From: Lophium mytilinum
Lineage: Eukaryota
NCBI GenBank assembly: GCA_010093605.1
Contig: MU004200.1
Coordinates: forward strand, 372,001-436,000
DNA length: 64,000 nucleotides
Reading direction: 5' to 3'
Position 1 is the stretch's first letter, and every line of letters starts with the position of its first letter. Positions 62,621-64,000 of this stretch are shown here, piece after piece. The position numbers and the translations under genes were made by a program. The notes beneath the pieces are model-generated. The model saw only the letters and a list, made by a program, of their open reading frames with translations, was not told the DNA's origin and did no database searches.

Positions 62621-64000
62621 ATGTGGAACAAGGGGACAGTTTTGCCTTCTCAGGCCTCAGCACGACCGCAGCGTTCCACCTCTATGGTACCTCGGGTGGC
62701 CTTCGCCGCCACTGCTACCATCATATGGCTGTGTCTGCATTTCTTCTACTCCACCACATCATCGGTTCCATGGAGTTTGAGTCGTGAATCACTCTCGAAA
62801 CCGCAATGCGCCCAAGTCCTTCCCATGTTCCCTCGCGATGGCAGCAAAGACCTCTTGGCCATGGACGATTTCCTCCTAAGCGCCAAATTTCGCAATGAAT
62901 CTATCAGCAGATTGGCTGGATCTGTCAAAATACCCACAATGTCTTTTGATGATTTGGGGCCAATTGGCGAAGACAAGAGATGGGAGGTGTTCTATGATTT
63001 TGAGGCTTACCTCAAAGGTGCATTTCCGCTACTTCACGAGAGCTTAACTCTCGAGAAGGTCAACACACATGGCCTCCTTTACACGTGGAAAGGCTCCGAC
63101 AGTACTCTCAAGCCCACCTTGTTGATGGCTCATCAAGACGTCGTACCGGTTCCCGAATCCACAATTCCTCAATGGACGCATCCGCCTTTTTCCGGATTCT
63201 ACGATGGGAAGTACGTGTGGGGCAGGGGGGCATCAGATTGCAAGAATCAGCTTATAGGAATTATGGAAGCAGTCGAGCTCTTGATAGAAGCAGGGTTTGA
63301 GCCAATGCGGACAGTCATCCTGTCCTTTGGATTTGACGAAGAAGCTTCGGGCACGCAAGGTGCCGGATATCTTGCGCCGTACTTGTTTAGCAAGTATGGT
63401 CACGACGCTATAGCAGTTGCTGTCGATGAAGGAGCAGGGGTGGGATCTATTTGGGGCACAAATTTCGCCCTGCCCGGTGTGGCAGAGAAGGGATATATTG
63501 ATGTTGATGTCGTCCTGCGGATGCCAGGCGGGCATAGTTCAATTCCACCTCCTCACAACGGGATCGGCGTCATGAGCGAGCTGATCACACTTATCGAAGC
63601 AAACACGTACGAGCCACATCTCTACAGCGATAATCCCTATCTCAGCTTGTTGCACTGTGGCGCCGAACACAGTCCAGAATTCCCCCCAAAGTTAAGGAAG
63701 CTCTTGTCAAAACGTTCCGACGGGTAAGTTTGACAATGCAGAACTCTAATAGCCCGTTTCTAATCCAAGATCCAGGTCTAAGTCCTGCTCGGAAAAAGAC
63801 CATCTAGCTCTAGAAGCCTCAAAAGCCGGCAGGCCGATTAAGTATTTGATGACGACGTCGGTCGCGGTAGACGTGATTCAAGGTGGTGTCAAAGTGAATG
63901 CTTTGCCAGAACGCACATCAGCCACGGTCAACCATCGGATCAACGTTGGTGAACATCCCTCTGACGTCAAAGAAAAAGTCACTCGATTGGCTTCCAACAT
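62621..64000 (+). CDS. CPS1: Gly-Xaa carboxypeptidase (carboxypeptidase S, peptidase M20), truncated by the window end
   Basis: N-terminal transmembrane anchor, then LLMAHQDVVPV, WGRGASDCK, FGFDEE, GGHSS, and GGVKVNALPE after an intron. Confidence 0.9.

Overview
Intron-rich filamentous ascomycete (Pezizomycotina) DNA that contains a mating-type locus. About 47 kb of dense housekeeping genes come first: ELP6, the RPL37/RPL21 divergent pair, a PHO84-like transporter, a Zn2Cys6 factor, Sos7, RPS9, DERA, RPS27, SNX3, EOS1, an Mba1/Tim44-like gene, SUI1, MED12 and RIM2. These run into the conserved MAT-flanking block CIA30-APC5-COX13-APN2. Next is a MAT1-2 idiomorph with a divergent HMG-box MAT1-2-1. 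Between APN2 and MAT1-2-1 lies an apparently broken, internally duplicated gene remnant, possibly a MAT1-1 accessory gene. On the other side, SLA2 is not seen within the window. Instead there is about 5.5 kb of gene-poor DNA with a nested tandem-repeat array (78/89-bp and 150-bp units) and decayed gene fragments. After that come a TrhO/TSTD2-like rhodanese, a WW-domain protein, a repeat patch around an assembly gap, and a partial carboxypeptidase S. Gene models were spliced by hand and family calls come from motif recognition; no database searches were run.
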